This document shows positions 15,001 through 27,410 of a stretch of DNA of 64,000 nt, piece by piece (positions within the stretch are counted from its first letter, which is position 1; each line of letters opens with the position of its first letter). Under the pieces are notes generated by a model that saw nothing but the letters and a program-made list of their open reading frames with translations, did no database searches and was not told the origin of the DNA. Origin of the DNA: Tubiluchus corallicola (taxonomy: Eukaryota > Animalia > Priapulida); assembly GCA_030141605.1 (NCBI GenBank), contig JAQGDQ010000007.1, positions 607,173 through 671,172 on the forward strand. Reading direction: 5' to 3'. The translations under genes were made by a program, and so were the position numbers.

Positions 15001-18000
15001 TCTGGGATTGATTTAGCAATCAAATTATTAATCACTTTATGTTGTATGAATAAAACTAAAGCAGAAGAATACTTGCTTTGCAGCATTTGCCGCTGCAACA
15101 AAAATTAGCAAAAAATGCAGAAGGGGTAAAATGATGAAGCCGTGCAACTAATTAAAATAAATTAATAACTTTACTAATTTAATAATAACAGAGACTCAGC
15201 TATTGTTTGGCTTGATCTTTTGTAAAGTTTCAATAGAACATGCAAGTTGTATTTCCGCTTTTTTTCTACTTAAATTTAAATGTGATGTTTGAAATCAGAA
15301 GATTTCACAATTTTTCAAAAATCTGATCGAACTCGAATCTATGGCTGATTTTCAGGATACTCGGGGCCAAATCAGGAGTGGTGACAACCTTAGCTGCTTC
15401 TTCACAAAGAAGTTATTTTATAAAGTTCTCACACTGACAAAAACAATGAAAACCTCTTGTTGCATACTGCAGATATTCACGCAAAAAGCCTAATGCCTGA
15501 TGTACTTAAGCTGTAGTTGGTGATGCCCGTGTTTTCCCTGCGAAAAGATTTAAGTTTGGCTTCCAGAAACAATGAGGTTAAATGCAGCTAACGAGTGGGT
15601 GACAGATTCAAAGCAAAACAGCTATACTAGCATTTTAGCACGTGATAAACGTATCTGCTTACAAACAAAACAGTACTTAATATGATTGTTTATGGTGTAC
15701 ATTATGGTATACAAAAGTGAAAAACGTATTATGACATAAACATGGTAACTGTTCCTTGGTCACAGACATAATATAATTTTGTCTAGCTTTAAGATCATAA
15801 AGCAAAAATATTGAAACAATTATGTAGAATTATTTGAGTCAATAGTCAACTTTTTCACACACACTTGAATAGGAATGGCCTGTACCACGTGTTTTTTACT
15901 CAATTATTTGACTGATTCTATTAAAAGTGAGTCCAATAAACTACGTCTACCGTATTATGTACTGCAGTCGTCAAGCATGATGCGATTTCGCACCAAATCT
16001 GAATAATACAAGATCTAATGTTGAATTAGCTAAGTGTAAACCTCGAAGATACCAACTAGCACAACATACCTTTTAACCAACTCTGCACATCAACATGTGA
16101 TGAATTAACAGCTGCAAGCAATAATAATACATAAGTGATAAGAAGTAAATACCTACTTTGTTAACCAAGTTTGTACATAAATATTAATTGCTATAATATT
16201 GAGTGCGACTACCTGCAAGGCTGATAATGGATCAGCCGCAATAGCAGCAATGTCAATCGCGGCAGACGTTGATTCGCTAGTCTCTGCACCTGTGAAGTTT
16301 TGAATGGTTGGTGCTTTCTGTGCTAATGGTGTTTGTTGAGAAACATGTGATGCCAAACTGCCACTTCCAGAAGTTACTGGCGGACCTACAAAGATAAGGA
16401 TTATAATACAATAACATAAACGTGGATTAAATAAGGTGCGCACAAACTCTTAATACACAATTCAAGTAGTGCGAACAAACTCTTAATACACAATTCAAGT
16501 AGTGCGAACAAACTCTTAATACACAATTCAAGTAGTGCGAACAAACTCTTAATACACAATTCAAGTAGTGCGAACAAACTCTTAATACACAATTCAAGTA
16601 GTGCGAACAAACTCTTAATACACAATTCAAGTAGTGCGAACAAACTCTTAATACACAATTCAAGTAGTGCGAACAAACTCTTAATACACAATTCAAGTAG
16701 TGCGAACAAACTCTTAATACACAATTCAAGTAGTGCGAACAAACTCTTAATACACAATTCAATTCACTACATAGTAGTTACCTTTGTGTTCTTCAGCATG
16801 CTGTATAGCATCTAATGACTGTGGCAACACCTTGTTGCTTGGCAATGTTCGTAAATCTACATCTCCATGAGGATTGCACACCAATGAATCTTGCTGCTGC
16901 TGTTGCGTTACGGCAGACGGAAACCCACCTGCTGCTGCCATCTGGTATTGAGATTGGGTACCGCCCTCGTTTAGTGACGGATAGTAATAAGTATCACCTG
17001 TGAGCAAGTGCTGCTGTGTTCCATGCTTCGGAAGAAGCTGTTGTTGCGTGGCTTGTTGCTGCTGCTGATAATACTGATACTGAAGCTAAAAAAATCAATA
17101 AGTCATGAAACAAAGTTGAAAACATTAACTTAAACGGATGTCTAAAAATCTGAATTTTCCAAAATCCAAGCACATGATTTTCTGTTAAAACTATGGCTAC
17201 AAGACAAATAAGACAAGCAAATAAGTTGACTTCAGCAAATAAACAACAAGAACGAAAAGAACAAACAACAAAGAAAGACATTTACAATGTAACTACTATA
17301 GTAGATTTCATTCACTTGTTTGGTGAGGGTTTCTAAAACTTATTCTATAACAGGTTTATCATTTATTAATTCAGCTAACTGAAACAGAAACATTTTAGCC
17401 CAATAGTTCCAAAGATAAAACTGCAGTTCAAAATAAAAATTTGAGAAAGTTTTTTTTGCAAAAGTAAGTGCTTAGAGAAGCTTGCAAAATACAAACGAGT
17501 ATATGAACATTTTTGTATTAAAAATACTACATTTAGACTATGTTACATTTACATTATAAGTGACTCTTACCGAAGTGGCCTTATTTGCTACACTGTACAA
17601 TTGCTGTGCTTGAGCTCTATCACCTGACATTACGACAACTGAAAATAACCATAGTTACGATTGTAGTTTATTGAGATAACTATTTAAAGACATTTTATTT
17701 ATTAATTATCACCCCATAATAACTGCTTGTATCTGTATCACACCAAAAATTTAATTTACCACAAGATTTTTTTTTAAAATACGTTAGTAATAGTTAGTTT
17801 CAAGTCTTTGCTCACCAATCAACAAAATAAAGCAGACAAAAAAGCGCTGGTACTATTTTTCTGCAAAAATTCACTGATAAGTGTTGATTTTGTCCAATGG
17901 GAACTGCAAGTGATGATTATGCATTCATACAAACAATACTGATGGTGTATTATAAATTAATCATGTTCAATTTGTAAGTTATAATAATTCATTAATATTA

Positions 18001-21000
18001 CGTATACGTTCAGGTATCATTTGCAAAAATTGGAATAATCCCCAAAATATTCTAATAACATGACATGACATTTCAGAACAACTCACAACAACAATCATCT
18101 ACGATAAGACTAAATTTTATTTAAAACCCTTATTTTACCATTTAGGATTCGCTTAAACAAATTTCGTACATTGCCTCCTTAATCAAACATTTAAGAAGGC
18201 ATGTTACTAAAAATTCAACATGTGACCTTTAAACAGTAAAAGTGAGAGCTTTAAATGTTTAGTCTGATGATGGATGGCTGGGATCATGGGAAATGCTTGT
18301 TTGTTCTGGGCTGTCACGTAATATTAATATAATTTTATGCACATTTTGGAATGGTTCTGATTTGAAAACCGTATGCGAACATAATTAAACGTTAGTTTTT
18401 GAACCATGCACACTGCTATGTATCAGCTTCGGGAGTGCACTGAATCACAGACAGATGGACTTGTTTGCCACCAATAATTATTTTCTCATTGGTTTCTCAA
18501 TTTCTCGCAAGTCAGGCAAGCCCTCGTATGTCGAGCCTAGTGCATACAGACCCATTTGTATTTCCAGTCATATTGGCAAACTGATAGAAAGAATACACGA
18601 ATGCCGTCTAAGAGAATTTTTCGAATCACAGCATTTATTAGATAGTGCCCAAGAAGGATTTAGAAAGAATAAAAGTGCTAGCAGATATTTATATAGACAT
18701 CGGTTAGAAGCTAAGCGTGTTATTATTGTAAATTGGTAAATGGTCTTCTTCTATCCGTGGATTTAGAGAAAACTTTTGGTTAGATTGCTAAAAATGTGAA
18801 GCACAGGTGTATGTGATAAACTGTTTATATTATGGCCGACTGTAACTAGTATCTTCATGTACAACAGTGAAATGTGGGGTTTAACTGCAATGTAGGAAGC
18901 AGAAATAAATGTATTTCACATAGGCCTACTCAAAATATCTTAAAACTAAAATGACCATATATCAATTTAAACGAGCCAAAGAAAACTGGAGCTTAAGAAA
19001 ACTAAAATCAGAATCAGAAGACTAAGACGAGTAGGGCATTGAATGAGATTGCCAGAAGCAACACCAGTAAGATTAGCATTGAACAAGGCACTGAAACGTA
19101 CCAAACAACCTCCAAGCAAACCAAAAACAACATGGATATCAAAAATTAATAATGATTTACAACAGCTGGAAACAAAACCTAACAATAGCATCAAAGGAAT
19201 TGAAAACTTTAGCTGCAGACAGGAAACAGCAGAGTGCTCTAATAAAGGATAGAGACTCAATGTCTACAATAGATGTTTAGAGCAACAGAAGAAGAAGAAC
19301 AAAAAATTGCAATTTGATTGTAACAAGATAACTAAATGGTGCAGAAAGTGGCATTTAGTAATTAATACAACTAAGACAGAAGTTGTGCCTCTAAATATTG
19401 AGGCTGGCACATTTCAAGCTATTTGGATTTGAGGTAAACAGTTCAAAGAGTCACGTTTGATTCTAAGCTAAGCTTTAAACATCATCGCAACACCATACAT
19501 GGTCGATGCTTAAACACCAGGATGCGAATAAAAAAACTATGTTCCAACAAATGGGGTTTAAATATGAAGTCTTGTATGAATCTAGTCAATTCATTAATAT
19601 TTCCAATACACGCCTATGGAGTATCAGCGTGGGAAAATACTGAATCTGTACATAGAGACTTAACTTGCATTACGATATGTTAGTGTCAGCCTCCGGCAGA
19701 TACTATCATCCTGGTATGAATGTTTCGGAAATTATATACAACTCGGCACCAATGGATATACAATGTAAATTTTGCAATCCATGATGAAGTTGCTACGTTG
19801 TGATGATAATGATCAATTAAAAGTCAGTGATCATCAATGACATTTCTTCATACACGACAGTTCATTGCCTTCAGAAATAATTCTCGTGATCACTTGATAG
19901 ACATCTCGGTTTTGAACCAACAGGGCTTTGTTAATGCTAAAGTGGAAAACGTTTATTATGCACTTATGGCAAAGGATAAGGTCATGGTAAAAGAATAATT
20001 GTCTGAAATACGCTCTCCCTGTTTATCATGCAAAATTGTGAAAGACAACCAGAAGCCTTAATAATAATAGATGGTATTCCAGCTGAAAGAATAAATTTGA
20101 CCTTGGATTTAGACGAAATTTATAAAGTTAGCTATTTGCAACTGCTCTGAAAGTGAAGAGGATATGGAACAAGTTGTATTTGTTTACAGATTGCATGATC
20201 ATTTGTTTCCAAATTTGTTTACTGTATGCTGCAATAAGGCGGAAAGCGAAATAGTTACCCGTATGAGTAGAATTTTTAAAAGTAATTACTAAATTAGACG
20301 GCCACATATCATTTGCAGATCATAATTTTGTTGGAATTTGATTTTTTGTAGTAATTAAATTTTATCTTGTAATGCTGCCTGCAAATAGGACTGTACACCA
20401 TATCATTGGTCTCTGGCTTCTCAAATCATTTCAGCAATGACCTGACGAAATCGTAAAAAAAGGCCTAAAACTTTATAATTACTTGTCTCAAAATACGCTT
20501 GAAACCTCACTATACTCTTAGGCTTAGAATATAAAAAAGTACTAATTTTTGAATCTAAATTACTACTACTAAAAGTAAAAGTACTATAATGTAAATTAAA
20601 CAAACCGATTTACATAGCCGAAAAGAACCTTAAGATTTCACAAGTATGTCGAAATAATATATGCAGTATGAATTTAATGAATGCCTTCCGGAAAAATGTT
20701 AAGACTGAGGGTAACAATTGTATTTTGATTATAAATTCATGGGTGAATTAACGCAAATTCGTCGCCATTTTTACACGTTTTTCATCTTCTATTATTCGAC
20801 AGCGAGGATAACGAGCAAAGAGCAATGTGTTTTTTTGTTCACCCAGCACGACTCTTGGTACACAACAACGACAACGACAACGACAACAACTCAATCAATA
20901 AGTTTCCAAAAGGATTTTCAACTAACATTATTATCGATGGACTACCGTCTACTATTTCTAAAAGTGCATCGGTTTTTGCCTTAATATTTCTGCAATTTGC

Positions 21001-21030
21001 ATAAAATTTTTACGCTTATTTACCTTCCAT
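9044..21030 (-). CDS. TCF20: TCF20/RAI1-like transcriptional co-regulator with C-terminal extended PHD (C2HC pre-PHD + PHD), AT-hook and Q-rich N-terminus; about 1422 aa
   Basis: Phase-consistent coding exons (-): 21030-21024, 17638-17571, 17085-16782, 16385-16213, 14374-10841, 10260-10167, 9651-9602, 9082-9044. The sequence CALCGK...LGVLFGPY...EVWIHQSCAVWSPGIYLVGNRVHGLREAV...M/ACSVCKQTGATIGCVWKKCEETYHYDCA...ESFSLECRKH matches the TCF20/RAI1 ePHD. AT-hook GRGRPK lies near 11560-11575. The first micro-exon is less certain; there is an alternative in-frame ATG at 17630. Confidence 0.88.
11653..11806 (-). repeat. 75-bp (25-aa) in-frame tandem duplication in TCF20-like large exon
   Basis: KVDSKVNIDETINSVAATVPVVDDE is followed by KVDSKVNIDETINSVAAAVPIVDDE, and the two DNA copies are nearly identical. 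Confidence 0.9.
12715..13201 (-). repeat. Degenerate 14-aa (42-bp) coding repeat, about 11 copies, consensus D[SP]RLSxKDY[SP]R[DE]S[SA]
   Basis: Units include DSKLSNKDYLHKCA, DSGSSSKDYSRDSA, GSRFSGRDYSRDSS, DSRLLTKDQPREHS, DPRLSNKDYPHEAA and DSRLYAKDSHRDSS. Confidence 0.8.
16436..16762. repeat. Perfect 33-bp intronic minisatellite, about 10 copies
   Basis: The unit acaaactcttaatacacaattcaagtagtgcga repeats identically from 16442 (9 full copies plus a partial). It fills most of intron 16386-16781. Confidence 0.97.
18455..18830 (+). mobile_element. Non-LTR retrotransposon RT fragment, 5' part (degraded)
   Basis: KSGKPSYVEPSAYRPICISSHIGKLIERI...LLDSAQEGFRKNKSA matches RT motifs YRPIxL..K.LE and Q.GFR..RS. 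It is followed by a broken SVDLEKTF (DxxKAF) motif. Confidence 0.8.
18831..19299 (+). mobile_element. RTE-type LINE 3' fragment with (GAA)n tail, lying within the older LINE
   Basis: Translates to VTSIFMYNSEMWGLT and IRIRRLRRVGH*MRLPEATPVRLAL...PKTTW, typical RTE C-terminal motifs. It ends in gaagaagaagaa at about 19288-19299. Confidence 0.65.
19300..19800 (+). mobile_element. Continuation of degraded LINE RT (distal RT motifs)
   Basis: KKLQFDCNKITKWCRKWHLVINTTKTEVV follows the LQxxxxxxxxWxxxWxLxINxxKT motif. Downstream is a HAYGVSAW (YGxxxW) motif, with many stops. The right boundary is approximate. Confidence 0.65.
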
Positions 21031-21085
21031 CGTTCACCTTTGGTGATCAGGGCGAAGCTAATATCTTTTTGCCCATGGTTGCAAT

Positions 21086-21455
21086 TAGGGGTGAGCATCG
21101 AACTTTCAAATGGAATTCGAACGTTTGAATTCGACTCGAAAGAGTTTTTTAGATCGAGTTCGATTCGAACTTAAAACTATAGATTTGAATAATTCAGCAC
21201 TTCAATCTTTTATGTTCTTCACTTTTAAAAGGATTGGAATGTCATGCAATTAGCGTAATTTAGCTTTGATTTCTGTGCACTATTTTAAACAAGTTATTAG
21301 GGATTTTACTCTAAAAAAATCTAGTAACATGCATAATCTTTGTAAGACTAAGTTTTACTGGTGGTTGGAAAAATCTTTCAATCTCAATTTGAATTCAAAA
21401 TACTGAAGTTCGGTTCGATTCGAATTTGTATTCAGGTAGAGAATGCTCACCCCTA
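21086..21455. mobile_element. hAT-family MITE (370 bp)
   Basis: 13-bp TIR taggggtgagcat...atgctcaccccta. Perfect 8-bp TSD gttgcaat (21078-21085 and 21456-21463). Subterminal ttcga repeats at both ends. Confidence 0.9.
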
Positions 21456-21573
21456 GTTGCAATACTTAATTGTATGCATAATGTTGCGGATTCGGGTAAA
21501 CACTGTAACTGTTAATATTATGCCATTGTGGTATATTGCCAGGTGGAAGTTTTTAATTCTCTGCCTATAGGGT

Positions 21574-22310
21574 CTATACACGCTGAAATGGGTTGTGATA
21601 CATTTCAGGATGGTTTATACAATACTGATCCAGTTGTGACAAAGTGTGAAGCATCAGTGGCACATCTTTGATCTTGATATGAAGCATCAGGATCAAATCG
21701 CCTCTCTTCCCTCGAAATCTCAATGAGGGGAGTTTCAAATTCCTCATCCGTTCTGAATGTTTCAGATGACTCATGGCAGGAACTAATTTTGTAGCTCTAC
21801 ATTGGACAGATTCCACTTTCCTTATTGCATTCAGTCTAGATGGATTCCATATGATATCTCAGTAGTCAAGAATAGGACGGACAAATGTTTTGTATAGAAT
21901 TAGAAACATTGGGATAACTAGGAAAGTGAAAGTTCTTATAATTAACCAAAACCTCTTTCTTGCTTTCTTCGTGACTTCATCCGTATGTTGATTAATGAAA
22001 GCTGGATTATCCACATATACCACAAGATCTTTTTGACACACAATTTGCGTTATAACTCTCTGTCTGACTGACCTATCAGTCATGAAAAAATTAAATTCGT
22101 CATGGTTGTTTGCTAGCTGTAGAGTTTTGCAATATCTGTGTTAAATGGCATTTGCCATTCTCTGGACCATGCATCCATCGCTAATTATCATACCGCAGTG
22201 TCATATGATAATAAACTGACTATATACTTTTGTATATCTTTGTGTCAACGCCAAACATTTTGACTGTTGCTATTAATTTGTCTGATAGGTCATTAGTGTA
22301 TATAAAAAAT
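21574..22310 (-). mobile_element. CR1-like LINE RT/3' fragment (degraded)
   Basis: Motifs IYTNDL...KMFGVDTKIY (from YADDTK), QKDLVVYVD, LYKTFVRPILDY and ESVQCRATKLVP...LKLPSLRFRGKRGDLI are spread over shifted frames. Confidence 0.85.
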
Positions 22311-22719
22311 ATTTGTTTTTGATCTTCTTTGTTTGTTTCTGCATTCACTTCTGCATACTGTGCACGCGAAGGGCATGTACACAACTTAGTCAATGTCATC
22401 CATGGGAAACAGATCTTTAAAGGCCAGTCTGGCATTTTGGATACCCATATTTCTGCTTGTAAAGTGCTAAAATTGTATTACGCATGCGCATATGCATGAT
22501 CATTAATAACAACCACAATTGAATTAGCATGCACATATGCATGCTCATTAATAACAATCACAATGTTGGCCTATCATAGGCATCGTGTTAGGTGAGAATT
22601 GTAGGTTATATGTAAAACTGATTTTTTTGAGAAAATAATACTTTATCACTTATTCTCAGCTTGAATCGAGAAAATTAATTAAAACATGTATCTGTACACA
22701 TATAATATTGTTTACACAT

Positions 22720-23190
22720 TCCATGACGTGTACAGTACATGGCATACTGGTCAACAGGTGTATTCTTTGGGGCCCCACTTGCCAGTCAAATTTAAACCAG
22801 CTTCGTGCGCTGAGACGAAAATTTTTGCCTAATCTTTATGGTCTTTCTAAACCACACACTCCAAATCAAACTTCTCTCCAATTTCTAAATCATACTTTAA
22901 TGATTGTGAGAAATTAACAATTGATGATTTCGTTAGGTACAGTATTGCTGTATTCATGTACAAAACCCATTTTAATTTGTTTTCATTTTTTTAAAAATCA
23001 CAATAGTATATATCAAACACATTAACACAAGGTTTAATGAATATTATGTTAACCATTGCAGAGCTAAGATTGCTAAACATTTATTTCTTTTATAGGAGCC
23101 TGTGTTTGGAATTCTATTTCTTCTAATAGTAAAACACTATCACGGCAACGTAGAATTAAGAAGATGATGAAAACACATTATGTGTCTTGA
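22720..23190 (+). mobile_element. L2/Crack-like LINE 3' ORF2 remnant
   Basis: Motifs CILWGPTCQSNLNQLRAL, YSIAVFMYK, INTR and VWNSI appear in broken frames, as in LINE ORF2 C-termini. Confidence 0.5.
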
Positions 23191-23931
23191 CCTATTCTAC
23201 CCATATTGTACGTACCATGTTGGATGCTACTCACAGTCTGTCCTTGTTCATAACAGATTTATGATTGATGATAGCCATTTCATTACATTTTCAGAAGTAT
23301 CAACTCATCATTTCTTTGCATTTTCTTACAACTTTTAACTTAATCTTACTTCTCTTCTATTCACTTTACATCACACAAATATACTTAAAGCATTATTTTA
23401 CTTGTCACATCATACCTTTCGTTGCTCATCTCTTTAATTCTGCCCCTAACACTGAACAGTACACCATGTATTGCAGTAGGCATTTTAAGGTCTTAGCTTT
23501 TAGCTCTGCTGCAAGCAGTTGCGTATTAATTGTTTACATACTAATTGCTCCCCTGAAGTAATACTTGTCAGTAATTTCTTCATTTTGTTTACTGTTGGCT
23601 ATATTAGTGATTCCCTACATTACGATATTGGACCATAACAGTCTAGCATAGCACTCTCGCTAGTCTGCTACATAACAATAACTGATGATGACGATGAGTC
23701 AACGACAACCATAACAGCAATAAAGAAGGCAACAATAGTGACACCGCTATGGCGATGACGTCGATAACAGTAAAGCTATAACATAACATTAATTTGCCTA
23801 CATTAAATTTGAATTCAAAACTTTGAATGTAACGAATTAGTGAAATTTAATAGTGAAAACCCGTCGTAAGGAATGATATGTTTAGCGCAAACTGCAAAGA
23901 CATGGTGAAGAAAGGCGTGTGCTATTGCTAA

Positions 23932-24890
23932 TGTTGGGAGCCGAGTGGACCACTGCGCCAAGTAGACCAATTGGTCTACTTGGGCTAGCCCAAGTAGACC
24001 GCGGTCTACATGGGCTAGCCCAAATAGACGGCGGTCTACTTGGGCTGCCCAAGTAGGACACTAGAGACAGGTCGCGAATTGAGTCGTTAAGTGTACTGAC
24101 ACCGTCCGTTGTGCTTGTTTCTGTAATAATAATAATTAAAAACGTTAGTACACGTTGAATAATTTATTATACATCTAATAAAATAAAAGAATTTTATTCT
24201 GAGCTGGTAGAAGCACCGCGAGGAGGTCGAGAGGTTGGACTTAATTAGCTCAGCAAAAATTTTTTTGATGGCTACCTTGCCTTTGAAGCGATCAGTTTAT
24301 GCCCACTCATACATACACACAGTGATTGCTATTTCAGTTCAAAATCAATTTTCGTTTTGTTTTGAAAATATCAGTTTGTTCATAGGGCAACATCGCTATA
24401 ACAAACCAATATTTTTCATCCACACTGAGCATTTGGAATTAATGTTAGAAAAATTTATCAGCTGCATTTTTATAAACATGTTTATGCAATTCAAGTAGGA
24501 AAATATTTGACTGAATTAGCAATGCACTTTCACAGAATGCAATACAAAATAAAAATAAATATGACTATGGAAACAATAATAAATACGAGCAAAGTAAATA
24601 ACAGGCTAAGCTACAACAATATTATAAAATAACATTTTGGTTGGGACTCAAAAAACTCAAAAAAGTTATTACTAGTAGCACAATTAACCAAAACTTGACA
24701 AAAGGCAAAACTTGACAAAAGTTCATAAACACTGGAATATTCTCACTTAATATTTAAGTCTACAGCCAAACAATCCTACATCTAACACCTACATTTATCG
24801 CTAGTGTCCTACTTGGGCTGCCCATGTAGGACACTACTTTTAGCGCATCAAATGGTCTACTTGGCGCAGTGGTCCACTCGGCTCCCAACA
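23932..24890. mobile_element. Non-autonomous DNA transposon with TGT...ACA termini (Ginger-like MITE), 959 bp
   Basis: 38-bp perfect TIR tgttgggagccgagtggaccactgcgccaagtagacca. 5-bp TSD gctaa (23927-23931 and 24891-24895). Subterminal palindromic repeats; no transposase ORF. Confidence 0.85.
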
Positions 24891-26913
24891 GCTAAAACTA
24901 AGCAACGCCAACGCCTCATGCACTCGTGCAGCGTATTTATAACATGAGTTTTGCCGGTGCTTTAATGCAGTTCCGCTCATGGCGCATTCTTCACAGATTT
25001 TAGTTCCGTGTCACCCTTGTGCTTATGTCAGGTAATTAGCTGTTTATCCTTTACTGTATCCCAGTAGCAAGATACTTCCCGTATGTGATAAGCGTTTTTG
25101 TAAGTTCACATTAAGTATTAATTAAACTTTCCATTCTTTACACGTGTTGCGTGCTAATAAAATTTTCGTTACAGTCAAACTGCGAAAACTGATTTTGAAG
25201 TGCCGTCACGGTCAAAATCATGCCCAGTACGCTTCGCTGTAATCCCTTACGAATTTAAAAGTGTAGGGCGCGAAGTATTGAACAAAATATTTCTAAAATG
25301 TCTTTACGACACACTAGAACTAGTACTTAGTAGTAGTAGAAGTTTGGGTGCGCATGGTTAGAACAAATGCTGAGAAAAAACAACAACTCGCTAATTGGTG
25401 ATGGTATTAGAGGTTATGATTAAGAGGTGAAACAGGAAAATCAAACATGGTGTGGATGCAGACTAAAAACATGGTTAGATTTACAAAATCTCTTTATAGT
25501 ACAATAAAACATGATTAATAAAAGAATCGCTAATAAGTTTTGAGGAATGGTTAAACTGAATAGATAGATCTAGAACTAGAGAAAGGATAGCAAAAAGACT
25601 AAAGTCACCTAGTCTGCTATCCTTTACCGAATATAGATAAAATGACTTTTAGACACTGGTGGGCATTAATGTTATCAGTTTAACTTAGGAAACATTAATA
25701 ATTTTAAAATTATGACATTTGCTATATTAAGTAATCCAGAGTAAAGAAAATATGTGTACTTTAATTAGTGGGCAACAAAATAAGGTCAATCTTGTATAAA
25801 CTATAAATAGCACTTTGATTTTATGTGAAAAACAGGTCAAAATTGTTATGTAATGATAAAAACACTTTGGGTTAATAATGCAAATTAATCAACAACAAGA
25901 GATACATTTTGATTTGAGTTCAACTTCATTATTTCTAGGCTTATTGATTAAGAATAAATGTACTGACTTAGACAATGATACTAAATAATATAATTTTCCG
26001 TATGCCGATAAGACAAACATTTAGCTATATAGGTTTTTTAGTAATTTTGTAAAGGAGAGGTAAGACTTGTGCAATCTGTGATTTGTAGAGTTATAAGTAA
26101 CAGCATTCAAAGTACGAATCGATAGCTCGTTATTCAATAATTGAAAAAAAATTTAATTGAGTATTAAAATATATTTTCTGAGCCATAGATTCATGCCATG
26201 CTGTAGTATTTCAGTTTTATGAATATTAATGTAGTTAGGGTTATTTAGTTAGGTAAAGAAAATATAATGATTGTGTTTACTTAAGTTATATAATGACAAT
26301 AATGTATTGTAACCTTAATACCAACTTTAACTCGATAAAAAAAAGTAACAAGGCCGATTTTGCTCTAAATCTTGCTGTGAGTAAAAATTAGTTGGTAAAA
26401 TTAATTACTAGTATAATGTGAAGCAAAATTTGTGTAAAAGTGTATTGGTTTGCCAAATCATCCTATCAAAGCATGTTGCCAAGGGCCATAGAGCCAAGCA
26501 GCAGTATGTAATTATTATTACAAAACACTGGTTAAGAAGTAAATTAATGGTTCAACTGACTGATACTGCAGAGACAAAAGTGTTTCACAAAGAAGTAAAC
26601 ACCTATAATTAGGTCAAAAGAGCTCGCTTCTTTAAGCTTGAAAAGCTGATAATATAAAAACTATTAGCTCTGTAGATCAAACTCTACTCATCCTAATGAC
26701 AATTATATTGTTAATTTATTAAATTGAAAATTAAAGTTTAATTAATCATTTATTATTATTTTTTGATATTATTATTAAATCAAAAAAGGAAAATTGACAC
26801 TGCAGTTAAGGATAACATGCTTTAAAAGCAATTAATGTAACCCTGTTGCTCTTGGTGTGGTACTTGGGCCAGCCCGTGTACCGCTTGCTCTACCTGGGAT
26901 AGTCCATGTAGAT

Positions 26914-27410
26914 CAGGGGTGTGCAAATTATCTGACTGGCCGGGCCACATTAAACTTTCCCGCAATTCCTGCGGGCCACAGGCATAAATCAAGGAGCGAA
27001 GTACAGAAAGGCCTAATAACGATTTTTTGCATCCGACCAGCGTACATCATTACTACTACACTCAAGAAACTATTTTAGAAGTTATTAAAATTTATATTAC
27101 AAACCATATATTTCTACTTTCAGGACAGATAGTGGTAATTTCATTGCAATGCATATTAGTAATGTGTATCACACAGTCTGAGTAGTACAGTGACATTAAG
27201 CTACAACCGTCTTGTAAGGGTTAATGACATCCGATCTAGTAGAAAAAACTACCCGCACTATCTTTGGGATCGTGGCACGGACTTCAGCTGGATACACTCA
27301 ATTAATCGCCTGGGCCGCACTTTCATTAGGTTGACAAATCTCTTCGCGGGCCGCACAAATTCTCTCGGCGGGCCGCAAGTGGCCCGCGGGCCGCAATTTG
27401 CACACCCCTG
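26914..27410 (+). mobile_element. hAT (Charlie/Buster-like) MITE, copy 1 (497 bp)
   Basis: TIR caggggtgtgcaaatt...aatttgcacacccctg. 8-bp TSD atgtagat on both sides. gcgggccgc/ggcccg subterminal motifs. Strand is arbitrary. Confidence 0.95.

Noticed and set aside
16436-16762. 33-bp repeat array as a CRISPR array, and ORFs 16401-16757 and 16427-16762 as proteins
   Set aside because: The repeats are directly adjacent with no unique spacers, no cas genes are present, and the context is a eukaryotic intron. The ORFs are artefacts of a stop-free unit whose length is a multiple of three.
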